Assembly (NCBI GenBank): GCA_050293765.1
Contig: JBNKNI010000009.1
Coordinates: forward strand, 47,459-111,458
Direction: 5' to 3'
Source: Reinekea sp.
GTDB lineage: Bacteria; Pseudomonadota; Gammaproteobacteria; Pseudomonadales; Natronospirillaceae
DNA length: 64,000 bases
Both the position numbers and the translations under genes were made by a program. The notes under the pieces were generated by a model. It did not search any database and was not told where the DNA came from. It saw nothing but the letters and a program-made list of their open reading frames with translations. Below, one piece after another: positions 18,915 to 30,133 of this stretch. Position 1 is the first letter of the stretch. Each line of letters begins with the position of its first letter.

Positions 18915-20202
18915 TCAAATACTCTACGTCAGGGGCGATAACATTGAGCGCCGGTTGCAGTTGTTCAGCGACTTGAGGCGCATCGGTGATTTGCAAGGAT
19001 GGCCATTGACCGGCAATGGCACCGAATCCAAAGTCTCCTGCCGGAACATCGGCGATTACAAGCCGCCAATCACCATCCAACAATTGCCAACTGTCTGGCT
19101 CATTCGATAGGTTAAGCTCGCGGACTTTAATGTAATGCGTGTGTTGTCGGGTGTCGTTGTCATACATCGACAAGCGAATGTCAGGCTCGGCCCATTCGAA
19201 AATACTTTTGCCAGGGAGCATCGTGCCACTCATGACCAGATTGTAACTTTGCCATTCGCTGTTGAGCGGGAACTCGGTCAACAACGACAAACCGAGTTGG
19301 CCATCCAGATCACCGTTTCGCAAACTTGTCTGGTTCGACTGCAGTGCAAAAGTGTGTGCCGTTTGGTTGTCGTCTTCGTAGGCTATAGCGGTGTCGATCG
19401 AGGTGAACTGCCATTCACCATTGGCGAAATTTGCCTGAGTCAGTCCGCCAGCCCAGTCTAAAGTGTAGGGAATGAAGTCGGCGTTCGAACGCCATCCCGA
19501 TGACCAGTTCAGGAACTTCACTTCAGTCGAGTAGTCTTCGGCTAGCGTCAGAGTTTTGATTTTTCCGGCAATGCGGCCCATCCAATTCTGGAAGGCAACG
19601 CTGGCATCAAATTGCGTTTTACCCATCACTAAGAGGTTATTCCCATCAATGCCGAGTAAGGTGGAATACGTCAGGTTGACGAGCAGGTCATCTGTTGTTA
19701 ATTCGCCGGTTAACTGTACTGCGTATTCACCAAACACCCCGTTCTTGGTCATGCTCAAGGTGATGTCGTGAACTTCATGGTCGCCGGCTACGAGCAGACC
19801 ATTGGTAATCGACAGTTGTTGATAAGCAGGTTGCATCAGCGTGCGCAATTGCTGCACGGAGAAGTCCTGCAGTGGGACCTGGAGGTAGGGGGATGCGATA
19901 CGGACATCTTTGAGATTTGGTTTGCCGATTAATACCGATACCCAATTGAAACGGACTTGAACACTCTCCGCCGTGAACGCGTAACCCTGCCATTCTAATG
20001 AAGGTTCCTGCCACTCAAGAGCCGTTCCGAAACTTTTTGCGGTTATGGTTCCGCTGGCTTGGTCCAACCAATTACCGCCAACTTCACTGCGCAGCCATTG
20101 TTCAGGAGAAAATCGCATCAAGTTAATGGTGAGAAACAAACCGACAATGAACAAGATGAACGCGATGATCAATCCTGTGCGGCGAAGGGTGCTTGGGTTC
20201 AC
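18886..20202 (-). CDS. Membrane-anchored periplasmic protein, possibly AsmA-like
   Basis: 438 aa. One N-terminal transmembrane helix ([19 protein letters not shown]), then a beta-rich, W/N/T-rich body. The N-terminal region loosely resembles the AsmA start. An AsmA-family gene next to mutY is what I recall from pseudomonads. Its 3' end overlaps mutY by 29 nt. Confidence 0.4.
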   Translation of the reverse strand: MNPSTLRRTGLIIAFILFIVGLFLTINLMRFSPEQWLRSEVGGNWLDQASGTITAKSFGTALEWQEPSLEWQGYAFTAESVQVRFNWVSVLIGKPNLKDVRIASPYLQVPLQDFSVQQLRTLMQPAYQQLSITNGLLVAGDHEVHDITLSMTKNGVFGEYAVQLTGELTTDDLLVNLTYSTLLGIDGNNLLVMGKTQFDASVAFQNWMGRIAGKIKTLTLAEDYSTEVKFLNWSSGWRSNADFIPYTLDWAGGLTQANFANGEWQFTSIDTAIAYEDDNQTAHTFALQSNQTSLRNGDLDGQLGLSLLTEFPLNSEWQSYNLVMSGTMLPGKSIFEWAEPDIRLSMYDNDTRQHTHYIKVRELNLSNEPDSWQLLDGDWRLVIADVPAGDFGFGAIAGQWPSLQITDAPQVAEQLQPALNVIAPDVEYLNALFTYLVP

Positions 20203-20222
20203 TAAAAAATACCTCAGTACAT

Positions 20223-20257
20223 AAAAAAAGCGGAAGGCCGTTGTAACGGGCTTCCGC
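20223..20257 (-). terminator. Intrinsic terminator after ilvD
   Basis: Stem GCGGAAG..CTTCCGC with inner CCG/CGG pairs, followed on the minus strand by a 7-nt U-run (the A-run at 20223-20229 on plus). Confidence 0.7.
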
Positions 20258-20288
20258 TTGATTCATTGATAGCTGGCTTAGGGGCTGG

Positions 20289-22136
20289 TTACTCGTCCAA
20301 TAATGCGGCGTTGCGTACCGCGCCCTTATCGGCACTGGTGGCCAGCATGGCATAAGCCTTTAGAGCACGGGTCACTTTACGTGGTCTGACTTCTGCCGGC
20401 TTCCAAGCATCTGCACCACGCGCGTCCATTGCCTGACGACGTGTTGCCAGTTCTTCATCGCTGATCAGTACGTTGATGGTGCGATTCGGAATATCAATTT
20501 CAATTGGGTCGCCTTCAACGACGAGCGCAATGTTACCACCAGAGGCGGCTTCAGGTGAAACGTGACCGATGGAAAGTCCACTGGTTCCGCCGGAAAACCT
20601 GCCGTCGGTCAACAGGGCGCAAGCTTTACCGAGCCCTTTCGACTTCAGGTAGCTGGTTGGGTACAGCATTTCCTGCATACCAGGACCGCCTTTGGGGCCT
20701 TCGTAACGGATGATGACGACATCCCCTTCGTTGACTTCGTCGGCCAGAATGCCGGCGACGGCAGAGTCCTGGCTTTCAAAAATGCGCGCCTTTCCGGTGA
20801 ACTTCAGAATACTGTCGTCAACCCCTGCGGTTTTAACGACACAACCGTCTTGTGCGATGTTGCCGTACAACACCGCCAAGCCACCTTCCAGACTAAAGGC
20901 GTTTTCCAGCGAACGGATACAGCCCTGCGCCCGATCACCGTCCAAAGATGGCCAACGGGTACTCTGACTGAACGCGACCTGGGTCGGAATGCCGGCAGGT
21001 CCGGCTTTGTAGAACTCGGCAACGTCAGCATCACTGTTACGCATGATGTCCCATTTGTTCAGTGCGTCTGCCAGCGTGGCAGAATGCACGGTAGGCAAGT
21101 GGGTATGCAGTTTTCCAGCACGGTCAAGCTCGCCCAAAATGCCGTAAATACCCCCAGCCCGGTGAACATCTTCAATGTGGTATTTCTGTGTGTTGGGCGC
21201 CACTTTGCACAGCTGTGGTATCTGTTTAGACAGCCGGTCGATGTCTTTCAGGGTGAAATCGACTTCGCCTTCCTGTGCTGCGGCCAACAGATGCAGAATA
21301 GTATTGGTGGAGCCGCCCATGGCAATATCCAGACTCATGGCATTCTCAAAGGCTTCAAATGAGGCAATGGCGCGAGGGAGAACTTTGTCATTGTCGTTTT
21401 CATAGTAATCGCGGGTGATTTCGACAATCCGGCGACCGGCCTGTTCGAATAATTTCTGGCGGTCAGCGTGGGTAGCCAACGTGGTGCCATTTCCGGGCAG
21501 AGATAAACCGATGGCTTCGGTCAGGCAGTTCATTGAGTTCGCGGTGAACATGCCCGAACAAGAGCCACAGGTCGGGCAGGCGGAGCGTTCAATTTCCGCG
21601 ACGTGTTCGTCACTGACGCTGTCATCGGCGGCAATGACCATTGCATCAACCAGGTCCAGGCCATGTTCAGAGAGTTTGGTTTTACCGGCTTCCATTGGAC
21701 CACCGGACACAAAAATAACCGGAATGTTCAGGCGCAGAGAGGCCATTAACATTCCAGGGGTGATTTTGTCGCAATTGGAAATACACACCATCGCGTCCGC
21801 GCAGTGCGCATTGACCATGTATTCTACGGAGTCGGCAATGATTTCACGGGAAGGCAGGCTGTACAGCATGCCGTCGTGTCCCATGGCAATACCGTCATCA
21901 ACTGCGATGGTATTGAATTCTTTGGCAACACCACCGGCTTTTTCGATCTCACGGGCAACCAACTGGCCCAAATCTTTGAGGTGGACATGGCCGGGTACAA
22001 ACTGAGTGAAACTGTTGACGACGGCGATAATGGGCTTTTGAAAATCGTCATCTTTCATGCCGGTGGCACGCCAGAGTGCCCGGGCACCGGCCATGTTGCG
22101 ACCGTGAGTGGTGGTTTTGGAGCGATACGTTGGCAT
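20289..22136 (-). CDS. ilvD: Dihydroxy-acid dehydratase
   Basis: 615 aa. [26 protein letters not shown], and a [11 protein letters not shown]-type block (NCDKITPGM). Full-length colinearity with enterobacterial IlvD. Confidence 0.95.
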   Translation of the reverse strand: MPTYRSKTTTHGRNMAGARALWRATGMKDDDFQKPIIAVVNSFTQFVPGHVHLKDLGQLVAREIEKAGGVAKEFNTIAVDDGIAMGHDGMLYSLPSREIIADSVEYMVNAHCADAMVCISNCDKITPGMLMASLRLNIPVIFVSGGPMEAGKTKLSEHGLDLVDAMVIAADDSVSDEHVAEIERSACPTCGSCSGMFTANSMNCLTEAIGLSLPGNGTTLATHADRQKLFEQAGRRIVEITRDYYENDNDKVLPRAIASFEAFENAMSLDIAMGGSTNTILHLLAAAQEGEVDFTLKDIDRLSKQIPQLCKVAPNTQKYHIEDVHRAGGIYGILGELDRAGKLHTHLPTVHSATLADALNKWDIMRNSDADVAEFYKAGPAGIPTQVAFSQSTRWPSLDGDRAQGCIRSLENAFSLEGGLAVLYGNIAQDGCVVKTAGVDDSILKFTGKARIFESQDSAVAGILADEVNEGDVVIIRYEGPKGGPGMQEMLYPTSYLKSKGLGKACALLTDGRFSGGTSGLSIGHVSPEAASGGNIALVVEGDPIEIDIPNRTINVLISDEELATRRQAMDARGADAWKPAEVRPRKVTRALKAYAMLATSADKGAVRNAALLDE

Positions 22137-22387
22137 GGAAAAATTCCTGCTCTTTTAATTGGATCTGGACATTTTAACGGAAGTTGACGGTTTGGTTAGT
22201 GTGAATTTTGCAAAGTGGTGTTGCTGGCGCAATGCCGATTTATGAGCGCCAGCGCTGTCTTTAGCGGCTGAAGGGCGGGCGAGGTGGACGTTCTGGGCGA
22301 AAGCCAATCTTTTTTAAAACACCAGTCCTTCCTTTTCCTGTTGGCAGAACTTGAACTAAACTGACGGAAATGTTGTAAAGTTTTCGC

Positions 22388-24310
22388 ATGCCGATATTTA
22401 ATCGCAGTACCTTCGATCAATTACTCAGGCCCAATTCCAAAACCCTGGCGTTTGTTTGGCTGAATAAGCCCGGCTGGCCGATTGTGGAATGCTCTACTTC
22501 CGCTGCGAATCGATTGGGGCTTTCTCTCGATGCCGTACAGCAACAGAAAATTCAGTATCAGTCGTTGATTCATCCCGATGATATCGGGCACGTTGAATCT
22601 GTCGTATTCGCGGCATTCAAAGGTCAGTTCGAAGAAAACAATGAATCCATGCGTTATCGGGTAAGAGGTCCAGAAAACACTTGGATCTGGGTCGAGAGTG
22701 ATTCCACTCAAATGTACATTCCGGGAGAAGATACCCAGATACTCGGGTTTGTACGCGATGTAAGTGAACATTATGAAACAGAAGTCGCGCTGCAGAAAAA
22801 CCAGGATCGTCTGGAGTTAGTGCTTGATGGGGCGCGAATGGGTATGTGGGACTGGAACCCGCAAACCAATGAAGTTTCCTGCGATGAACGCTGGGCGAAT
22901 CAAATCGGCTTAACCCTGAAAACACTGAATTTTCACTTGTCTGACTGGAGCTCACGGGTTCATCCGGATGATCTGGCTCCTTGCCTGACAGCCATTCAAA
23001 AGCATATCGATGGGGAAACTGAAACCTATGAAAATGTGCACCGAATGCGCCATGCCAAAGGGCATTGGGTCTATATACTCGACCGGGGCAAAGTGTTTGA
23101 GCGAGATGAAAACGGACGCGCGATTAAGTTTGTCGGAACCCATACCGACATTTCTCACATCAAGGCAACTGAGTTAAAAGCCATTGATGCGCTGAACGCT
23201 CGAGATCGGTTTTTCTCCTCAATGTCACATGAATTGCGCACACCGCTGCACGCGATTCTGGGTACCGCCGAACTCTTAGAGCAGGAACTGACGAATCCGG
23301 AAGATCAGCAAAAGATGTCGTTAGTGCGGGAAAACAGTGAGTATCTACTCAACGTTCTGAAGGATATCCTCGACGTTGCCAAGATGAAAGCCGGTGAGTT
23401 GCACTTGGAACTGTCACAATTTGATGTGCGTATCGTCATGCTGCAAGTAGAGCGATTATTCAGTGCTCGCGCCCGACAAAAGGGATTATCGATCAGTGTG
23501 CAGATTGCGACAGGGTTGGCGACCGAAATAGAATCCGATCGGAATCGGCTCATTCAGATTCTGGTCAATCTGCTGTCGAATGCCGTGCGATACACTTCTG
23601 AAGGCAGCATTACACTGACCTTAGACGAGGTTAACGGTGCCTTGCGGCTGGGCGTGTTGGATACTGGATGTGGAATACAGAATACCGCCACGGTTTTTTT
23701 GCCATTTAAACAGGAGTCTCAGCGGCAGATCGACGATGTGCATACAACGGGACTGGGACTGACCATCGTTCAGAGCCTGGTCGACCAATTGGGTATGCGA
23801 GTCGAGGTGGCATCAGAAATCAACCGGGGTAGTCAATTTTATATCTGTATTCCAGCCTCCGCGAGGCGGGCTCGTTCTTCCGTGAGTTCAACGGCGGTTT
23901 CAGGAGTACAGATCGACAAGCTGAGCGAATCCTTGGCGCAGCTGAACATACTGGTGGTGGATGATAACGACGTGAACCGGGCGTTGGCGCGCGCGATGCT
24001 CAAGAAAGCTAATGCGACCGTCGTTGAAGCCCGTGATGGCGAAGAGGCGGTGAATCTGGTTAAGCAACAGACGTTCGATGTGATTTGTCTGGATTTGCAC
24101 ATGCCGAACATGGGTGGCATTAAAGCAACCCGACGAATCCGTCATCTGTTCATCGATCAACAACCCAAAATCATTGGCATGTCGGCAGATGCCTATCCGG
24201 AAACCATTGCGCATTGTCTGCGGGCCGGCATGGATGATTACATAACCAAGCCTTTTAAACAGCAACAGTTATTGGACGTGCTGGTCAGGGTCATGCAGCA
24301 GGGAAGTTAA
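22388..24310 (+). CDS. Cytoplasmic hybrid sensor histidine kinase (two PAS, HisKA, HATPase, receiver); paralog of 424-1953
   Basis: 640 aa. Second PAS GMWDWNPQTNEV..HRMRHAKGHWVYILDRG; H-box FFSSMSHELRTP; NLLSNAVRYT, DTGCGI, GLGLTI. Receiver ILVVDD..VICLDLHMPNMGG..ITKP. Confidence 0.9.
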   Translation: MPIFNRSTFDQLLRPNSKTLAFVWLNKPGWPIVECSTSAANRLGLSLDAVQQQKIQYQSLIHPDDIGHVESVVFAAFKGQFEENNESMRYRVRGPENTWIWVESDSTQMYIPGEDTQILGFVRDVSEHYETEVALQKNQDRLELVLDGARMGMWDWNPQTNEVSCDERWANQIGLTLKTLNFHLSDWSSRVHPDDLAPCLTAIQKHIDGETETYENVHRMRHAKGHWVYILDRGKVFERDENGRAIKFVGTHTDISHIKATELKAIDALNARDRFFSSMSHELRTPLHAILGTAELLEQELTNPEDQQKMSLVRENSEYLLNVLKDILDVAKMKAGELHLELSQFDVRIVMLQVERLFSARARQKGLSISVQIATGLATEIESDRNRLIQILVNLLSNAVRYTSEGSITLTLDEVNGALRLGVLDTGCGIQNTATVFLPFKQESQRQIDDVHTTGLGLTIVQSLVDQLGMRVEVASEINRGSQFYICIPASARRARSSVSSTAVSGVQIDKLSESLAQLNILVVDDNDVNRALARAMLKKANATVVEARDGEEAVNLVKQQTFDVICLDLHMPNMGGIKATRRIRHLFIDQQPKIIGMSADAYPETIAHCLRAGMDDYITKPFKQQQLLDVLVRVMQQGS

Positions 24311-24337
24311 AAAAAAAGAGCCTTTCGGCTCTTTTTT
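24309..24337. terminator. Bidirectional intrinsic terminator
   Basis: A8, stem AGAGCC, loop TTTC, stem GGCTCT, then T5. Lies between the convergent kinase and oppF genes. Confidence 0.8.
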
Positions 24338-24358
24338 AATGCTTTAAATGCTGTCAGG

Positions 24359-25351
24359 TTAATCAGCGTAAAAACACGCGACCTGATGGTCATTGCCAGC
24401 ATCTTCCAGTACCGGCTTCAGTTCTGCGCATTTTGCCTGAGCTTTCGGGCAACGAGTACGGAACACACAGCCGGAAGGCGGGTTCATCGGTGACGGTAAA
24501 TCACCTTCCAGCAGAATGATTTCTTTGCTTTTCTCGTAATCCGGGTCTGGAATCGGAACCGCAGAAATCAAAGCCTGGGTGTAAGGGTGACGTGGCGTTT
24601 TGTACAGCTGTTCACTGGTGGTGATTTCACAAACATTACCCAGATAAAGCACCATAACGCGTGTGCTGATGTGCTGAACAATGCTGAGATCGTGGGCGAT
24701 GAAAATCAGCGATAAGCCCATTTCTTCCTGCAGATCCATCAACAGGTTGATGATCTGTGCCTGAATGGAAACGTCCAGTGCGGATACCGGTTCATCGCAG
24801 ATAATCATTTTCGGTTTTAGAATCAATGCTCGCGCAATACCGATACGCTGACATTGACCGCCGGAAAACTCGTGCGGGTAGCGGTTGATCTGGTTAGGCA
24901 GCAGACCGACCTTCGCCATCATTTCTTTTACTTTCGCTTTGCGTTCCGTGACACCCATTTCAGGGTGATGCGTCTTCAAAGGTTCAGCAATGATGTCACC
25001 GATGGTCATCCGAGGGTTTAGTGATGCCAATGGATCCTGGAAGATCATCTGTAAATCGGAACGGGCTTTTTGCATAGCTCGTTTGTTGGCCGTCAGCAGG
25101 TCCGTACCCAGCCACATGACTTTGCCCGCTTCGGCAGGCACCATTTTAATCACGGCGCGAGCCAGCGTGCTTTTACCACAGCCTGATTCGCCAACAATAC
25201 CCAGAGTTTCACCGGCGTACAGATCAAAACTGACGCCATCGACCGCCTTCAGCTTTTGAGGCTTGGTCCACGGTAATGAGTTGGGTGGGTAAATATCGAA
25301 ATAAACTTTTAGGTTATCCACCGACAACAGTTTTTCTTTTTGCACGGTCAT
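24359..25351 (-). CDS. oppF: Oligopeptide ABC transporter ATP-binding protein
   Basis: Walker [10 protein letters not shown], signature [15 protein letters not shown], Walker B MIICDEP, and a C-terminal oligopeptide-type extension. Start at MTVQKEK, whose ATG overlaps the oppD stop (ATGA). Confidence 0.85.
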   Translation of the reverse strand: MTVQKEKLLSVDNLKVYFDIYPPNSLPWTKPQKLKAVDGVSFDLYAGETLGIVGESGCGKSTLARAVIKMVPAEAGKVMWLGTDLLTANKRAMQKARSDLQMIFQDPLASLNPRMTIGDIIAEPLKTHHPEMGVTERKAKVKEMMAKVGLLPNQINRYPHEFSGGQCQRIGIARALILKPKMIICDEPVSALDVSIQAQIINLLMDLQEEMGLSLIFIAHDLSIVQHISTRVMVLYLGNVCEITTSEQLYKTPRHPYTQALISAVPIPDPDYEKSKEIILLEGDLPSPMNPPSGCVFRTRCPKAQAKCAELKPVLEDAGNDHQVACFYAD

Positions 25352-26316
25352 ACCAATTCCTCCACAGGCACGTGACAAGCGCGTTGTCGGGTACCTTCAA
25401 ACACTTTCAATTCTGGCAAATTCTTATGACAGAAATCCTTGGCGTTTACGCAGCGTTCTGCAAACGGACAGCCAACGGGTTTATTCAACATGTTTGGTGG
25501 ATTACCAGGGATGGTATTCAACCGTTTTCCAGCGTGATCTAAGCGTGGAATCGCCTGCAACAGACCACGGGTATAAGGGTGTGACGGGTTCTTGAAGATT
25601 TCCGTGGTTTTGGCGTATTCCATGACCTGGCCGCCGTACATGACCAACGTATCTTCACAGGAACCTGCAACAACACCCAAGTCATGCGTTATCAAAACAA
25701 TGGCTGTGCCAAAGTCACGCTGCAATTCAGACAGCAATTCCATAATCTGCGCCTGAACCGTTACGTCCAACGCCGTCGTTGGTTCGTCGGCGATCAACAG
25801 CTTAGGACGACAAAGCAGAGCCATGGCAATCATGACTCGTTGACGCATACCACCGGAAAACTCATGCGGATACAGATGTACGCGTGATCTTGCTTCAGGA
25901 ATTTTCACCGCGTCGAGCATTTTGATTGACTCTTCCAGTGCTTCCTGGCGACTCATACTCTTGTGCAGCATTAACACTTCCATCAGCTGTTCACTGACTT
26001 TCATGTAAGGGTTAAGGGAAGTCATTGGGTCCTGAAAGATCATCGCAATTTTTTCTGCGCGGATTTTATTCAGGCCCTGTTCGGGCAGGTTCAGAATTTC
26101 CAGTCCGTCGAACTTAACGCTACCGGTTGCCCAACCATTTTGTGCCAGCAGGCCCATGATAGAGAAAACCGTCTGACTTTTACCTGAGCCGGATTCACCA
26201 ACGATAGCCAGGGTTTTGCCCTGTTCCAGCGTAAAATTCACTTCGTTTACTGCGCTCACCACACCGTCACCGGTCTGGAACTGAACGCCGAGGTCTTTAA
26301 CTTCTAATAAACTCAT
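25348..26316 (-). CDS. oppD: Oligopeptide ABC transporter ATP-binding protein
   Basis: Walker [10 protein letters not shown], signature [15 protein letters not shown], Walker [13 protein letters not shown], and a C-terminal oligopeptide-type extension. Confidence 0.85.
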   Translation of the reverse strand: MSLLEVKDLGVQFQTGDGVVSAVNEVNFTLEQGKTLAIVGESGSGKSQTVFSIMGLLAQNGWATGSVKFDGLEILNLPEQGLNKIRAEKIAMIFQDPMTSLNPYMKVSEQLMEVLMLHKSMSRQEALEESIKMLDAVKIPEARSRVHLYPHEFSGGMRQRVMIAMALLCRPKLLIADEPTTALDVTVQAQIMELLSELQRDFGTAIVLITHDLGVVAGSCEDTLVMYGGQVMEYAKTTEIFKNPSHPYTRGLLQAIPRLDHAGKRLNTIPGNPPNMLNKPVGCPFAERCVNAKDFCHKNLPELKVFEGTRQRACHVPVEELV

Positions 26317-26329
26317 TATTCGCTCCTGA

Positions 26330-27259
26330 TTACCGGTCTTTAGGGTCTAGCGCGTCGCGCAAACCATCACCAATGAAAAACATGCTGAACAGCGTAATGG
26401 TGAAGAAGAACAGCGGGAAGCCGATCTGCCATAATGTACCGTATTGCATTGTTTTAGCGCCTTCACTGATCAGAGCACCCCAGGAAGTATTTGGTTCCTG
26501 TACACCCAGACCTAAGAACGAAATAAAGGATTCCGCCAAAATGAAGCCCGGAACCAGCAGCGAGGCATAGACGATCACAATGCCCACGAGATTCGGTACG
26601 ATGTGGCGCATGATAATCGTGAAGTTGGAGACACCAGCGGCAACCGCAGCTTCGATGAATTCCTTGTTCTTAATACTCAGTGTTTGACCGCGCACAATCC
26701 GCGACATATCAAACCAAGAGATTAAACCGATACCGATGAACAGCATGTTCAGCGACCGACCAAAAATAACCAATAGCAAGATCAGTACGAACATGTAAGG
26801 TATCGACATGAAAATATCGACTAATCGCATCATAAAGTTATCAACACGACCACCCACATAGCCTGCAATCGCGCCATAGAGTGTGCCCACCACAACGGCG
26901 ACAAATGAACCAATGATACCGACCATCAATGAGATGCTGGTGCCTTGGATTACCCGTGAATACAGGTCGCGGCCCAGTTCATCGGTACCAAAGTAGTGCC
27001 CGGATTCAATCGATGGCGCACCCATGGTTTTTACCTGGCCCAATACAGCCCAGTCTATTTCTTCATTGCTCCACTGAGCGAACGACGGGCCGATTAAGGT
27101 GAACAAAACAACCAAAGTCAGGGTAACGAGCCCGCCTATGGCGGCCTTATTATGTGAAAAACGCCGTGCCGCATCCGCCCAAAGTGATCGACCCTGTACT
27201 TCCTCCGCTGCCATCAGGTTATCAGCGAGGTTTTCCATTTTTTTCTGATTAACAATCAT
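26330..27259 (-). CDS. oppC: Oligopeptide ABC transporter permease
   Basis: 309 aa, about six transmembrane helices. OppC-type N-terminus ([11 protein letters not shown]) and an EAA-loop region ([11 protein letters not shown]). Confidence 0.85.
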   Translation of the reverse strand: MIVNQKKMENLADNLMAAEEVQGRSLWADAARRFSHNKAAIGGLVTLTLVVLFTLIGPSFAQWSNEEIDWAVLGQVKTMGAPSIESGHYFGTDELGRDLYSRVIQGTSISLMVGIIGSFVAVVVGTLYGAIAGYVGGRVDNFMMRLVDIFMSIPYMFVLILLLVIFGRSLNMLFIGIGLISWFDMSRIVRGQTLSIKNKEFIEAAVAAGVSNFTIIMRHIVPNLVGIVIVYASLLVPGFILAESFISFLGLGVQEPNTSWGALISEGAKTMQYGTLWQIGFPLFFFTITLFSMFFIGDGLRDALDPKDR

Positions 27260-27279
27260 TTTCTTATTACCTCACTGTT

Positions 27280-28203
27280 TTAATAACGAATTTTGGGATC
27301 GATCCACGCGTAAAGGACGTCCACAACCAGGTTTAATAAAACAGTCAGTGTGCCGACCAGAATGGTTATGCCCATAATGGTTGAATAGTCACGGTTCAGC
27401 GCTCCGTTAACGAAGAGAACACCGATACCACCTGTACTGAAGTACATGTCGATAATCACCGAACCAGTAATCAAGCCCACCATCGCTGGACCCATGTAAG
27501 ACAATACGGGTAACAGGGCGGGTTTCAGTGCATGCTTAAAGATAATGCGCTGGTACGGCAAGCCTTTGGCTTTCGCGGTACGGATAAAGTTGGAGTTGAG
27601 AACTTCCAGCATGGAAGAGCGGGTAATACGGGCAATAGTTGCCATGTAACTGGTGGATAAGGCAATAACCGGCATTATGATGTATTGCGCCTTACCGCCT
27701 TCCCAGCCACCTCCCGGTAGCCAGCCCAGTTGCAGGGTAAACAACAGAACCAATAACGGTGCCATTACGAAGTTCGGCAATACCTGTGCGGTGAATGTGA
27801 ATCCAAGCGCGGTATAGTCTTTCCAGGTATTGTGGTTAAGCGCGGCTATTACCCCCATGGTGACACCAAAGAGCACGGCGACCAAGGCTGAGATACTGCC
27901 ATAGGTCAGGGTAACCGGAAAACCATCGGAGATCAGATCGTTTACGGAACGGTCTTTGTATCGGAACGATGGGCCGAAATCAAAATGCAGCACAATACTT
28001 TTAACGTAGACAAATATTTGCTCGTGCAAAGGTTTGTCCAGTCCGTATTTGGCATTAATGTTGGCTTCTACCTGAGGCGGCAGTGCACGTTCGGAGGTGA
28101 ATGGTCCACCCGGTGCGCTGTGCATCAGAATGAATGACACAATGATGAGAATGAGCAGCGTTGGAATTGCAGTTAACAAACGCTTGAGTATAAAGCTGAA
28201 CAT
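27280..28203 (-). CDS. oppB: Oligopeptide ABC transporter permease
   Basis: 307 aa. MFSFILKRLLTAIPTLLILIIVSF, and FIRTAKAKGLPYQRIIFKHALKPAL. Classic OppB/DppB layout. Confidence 0.85.
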   Translation of the reverse strand: MFSFILKRLLTAIPTLLILIIVSFILMHSAPGGPFTSERALPPQVEANINAKYGLDKPLHEQIFVYVKSIVLHFDFGPSFRYKDRSVNDLISDGFPVTLTYGSISALVAVLFGVTMGVIAALNHNTWKDYTALGFTFTAQVLPNFVMAPLLVLLFTLQLGWLPGGGWEGGKAQYIIMPVIALSTSYMATIARITRSSMLEVLNSNFIRTAKAKGLPYQRIIFKHALKPALLPVLSYMGPAMVGLITGSVIIDMYFSTGGIGVLFVNGALNRDYSTIMGITILVGTLTVLLNLVVDVLYAWIDPKIRY

Positions 28204-28400
28204 GTCGTTGTCCTGTTCTACCCGCGAGAAAAGGCGGCGATTTTATCGCGATAAGCATCCATCTGCGACCATTTGGTTACAAACAGAAACTCATCTAAAT
28301 CAATAACTTAATTCACAATGTAAACATTAGCGTACAAAACAATGGTCGAGGTTATTTTTTGTTGTCACGACCTCAGTGAGATCTGGGTTTTGCGCGCTTA

Positions 28401-28430
28401 ACGGAAAACACCGCCAATATTGGCGGTGTT
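28401..28430 (-). terminator. Intrinsic terminator after the opp substrate-binding gene
   Basis: 24-nt perfect palindrome AACACCGCCAATATTGGCGGTGTT (28407-28430), followed on the minus strand by TTCC. Lies 27 nt beyond the stop. Confidence 0.65.
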
Positions 28431-28456
28431 TAAGTTTACATCACATCATGGAACGA

Positions 28457-30133
28457 TTATTTCGCTACCTTGTACAGGTCGCGAGCGTACCAGTTCTGTT
28501 CGATGTTGTTATAAGGCCAGCCTTTAACATCATCGTGCAGCATGAAGTTAGTGGTGTAGAAATACACAGGAATAACCGGCATTTCATCAGCCAGGATCTG
28601 TTCAATAGCGGTGTATTGAACGTTTGGATCTGCACTGGTTTTCGCTTCATCCATCAGGCGGTCAACTTCGGTGTTAACGTACTTACCGTCGTTGTAACCA
28701 GACTGTGAACGTAACAGATCCAGGAAGGTAGAGGCTTCGTTGTAGTCACCACACCAGGCGCCACGGGCCAATTCGAAGTTCTGCTCGCCACGTTCGGTCA
28801 GGAAGGTTTTCCATTCCATGTTGTTCAGAGTCGCTTCAACACCCAAAGAGGACTTCCACATTTGAGACATGGCCGTCGCGATTTGCTTGTGACCTTCAGA
28901 TGTGTTGTACAGGATGCTGAATTTCAGTGGGTTGCCTTCGCCGTAACCCGCTTCAGCCAACAGTTTCTTCGCTTCGGCAACACGCTCTTCTTGCGTCATG
29001 TTTGCATAAGCAACGTTTGGCATGGTGAAGCCAGCTGTTTTGCTTGGAGTGAAGGTGTAAGCGTTTTCCTGGCCTGCTTGCAGGATGTTTTCAGTGATAA
29101 CTGAACGGTCCAGAGCGTAAGACAGTGCTTTACGAACTCGTACGTCTTTGAACGCTTCTGGGCCAGAATCACTGACGTTGAATGTGTAGTAGTAGTTACA
29201 CAGACGCGGAGCAGAAACAGCTTGTTCGCCGAATTCTTCTTTCAGTGATTTGAACTGACCTGAAGGAACGGGACCACGGTCGAATTCGCCTGCTTTCCAG
29301 CGGATCAAACCTTGGTTTTCGTCTGGTACGACAATGGTGACGATTTTTTCAATGATCGTCGCATCGTTGTTCCAGTATTGGTCGTTACGAACCATTTCAA
29401 CACGCTCGTTAACAACGTGCTGAGTCAGCTTGTACGCACCGTTTGATACCATGTTTTCAGGCTTGGTCCATTCTGCGCCAAATTTTTCAACAGTCGCAGG
29501 GTGAACTGGGAATACAGTAGAGTGGTTCACCATCATTGGGAAGTAAGGCAGAGATTCTGTTAGAGTCACTTCCAGTGTGTAATCGTCTACGGCTTTAACG
29601 CCCAGAGAATCAACATCGGCTTCGCCAGCGATGATTTCCGCACCGTTAACGATGTTCATGATTTCCATGTACCACGAGTATGGAGAAGCGGTTTCAGGGT
29701 TAACCGCGCGCTTCCAAGCGTAAACGAAGTCATTGGCGGTTACAGGATCGCCGTTGCTCCATTTTGCGTCTTTACGCAGATTGAAGGTATAGACAGTTTT
29801 GTCAGCGTTGGCGGTGAAAGTTTCAGCGACGCCAGGAACCAGGTTGCCGTCTGCATCCTGATTTAACAAACCTTCAAACAGCTGGCGAGCGTGGTCCGAG
29901 CCAGCAGTGTCTTCCATGATTTGAGGGTCAAGTGAGCTGTGCTCGTCCAGTGCCCAATAGGTAAATGTCTGATCAGCGGCCAGTGTTTCACCAGTAACCG
30001 GGTGAGTTGGGCCAGACTTTGTTTCTGGTGCAGCAGCAGATGTTGCAGCGGCGTCGTCGTCAGATGAGCAGCCCACCATAAAAATGGCAGAACTTACCAA
30101 CGCAGCAGCTAGCGTTTTTTGAAATGGTTTCAT
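28457..30133 (-). CDS. oppA: Periplasmic oligopeptide-binding lipoprotein (SBP family 5)
   Basis: Start at MKPFQKTLAAALVSSAIFMVGCSSDD (AGAGGA 7 nt upstream), with lipobox MVGC. Size (558 aa) and blocks (WSNGDPVTANDFVY, YNTSEGHK) fit OppA/family-5 binding proteins. Peptide length specificity was not determined. Confidence 0.8.
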   Translation of the reverse strand: MKPFQKTLAAALVSSAIFMVGCSSDDDAAATSAAAPETKSGPTHPVTGETLAADQTFTYWALDEHSSLDPQIMEDTAGSDHARQLFEGLLNQDADGNLVPGVAETFTANADKTVYTFNLRKDAKWSNGDPVTANDFVYAWKRAVNPETASPYSWYMEIMNIVNGAEIIAGEADVDSLGVKAVDDYTLEVTLTESLPYFPMMVNHSTVFPVHPATVEKFGAEWTKPENMVSNGAYKLTQHVVNERVEMVRNDQYWNNDATIIEKIVTIVVPDENQGLIRWKAGEFDRGPVPSGQFKSLKEEFGEQAVSAPRLCNYYYTFNVSDSGPEAFKDVRVRKALSYALDRSVITENILQAGQENAYTFTPSKTAGFTMPNVAYANMTQEERVAEAKKLLAEAGYGEGNPLKFSILYNTSEGHKQIATAMSQMWKSSLGVEATLNNMEWKTFLTERGEQNFELARGAWCGDYNEASTFLDLLRSQSGYNDGKYVNTEVDRLMDEAKTSADPNVQYTAIEQILADEMPVIPVYFYTTNFMLHDDVKGWPYNNIEQNWYARDLYKVAK

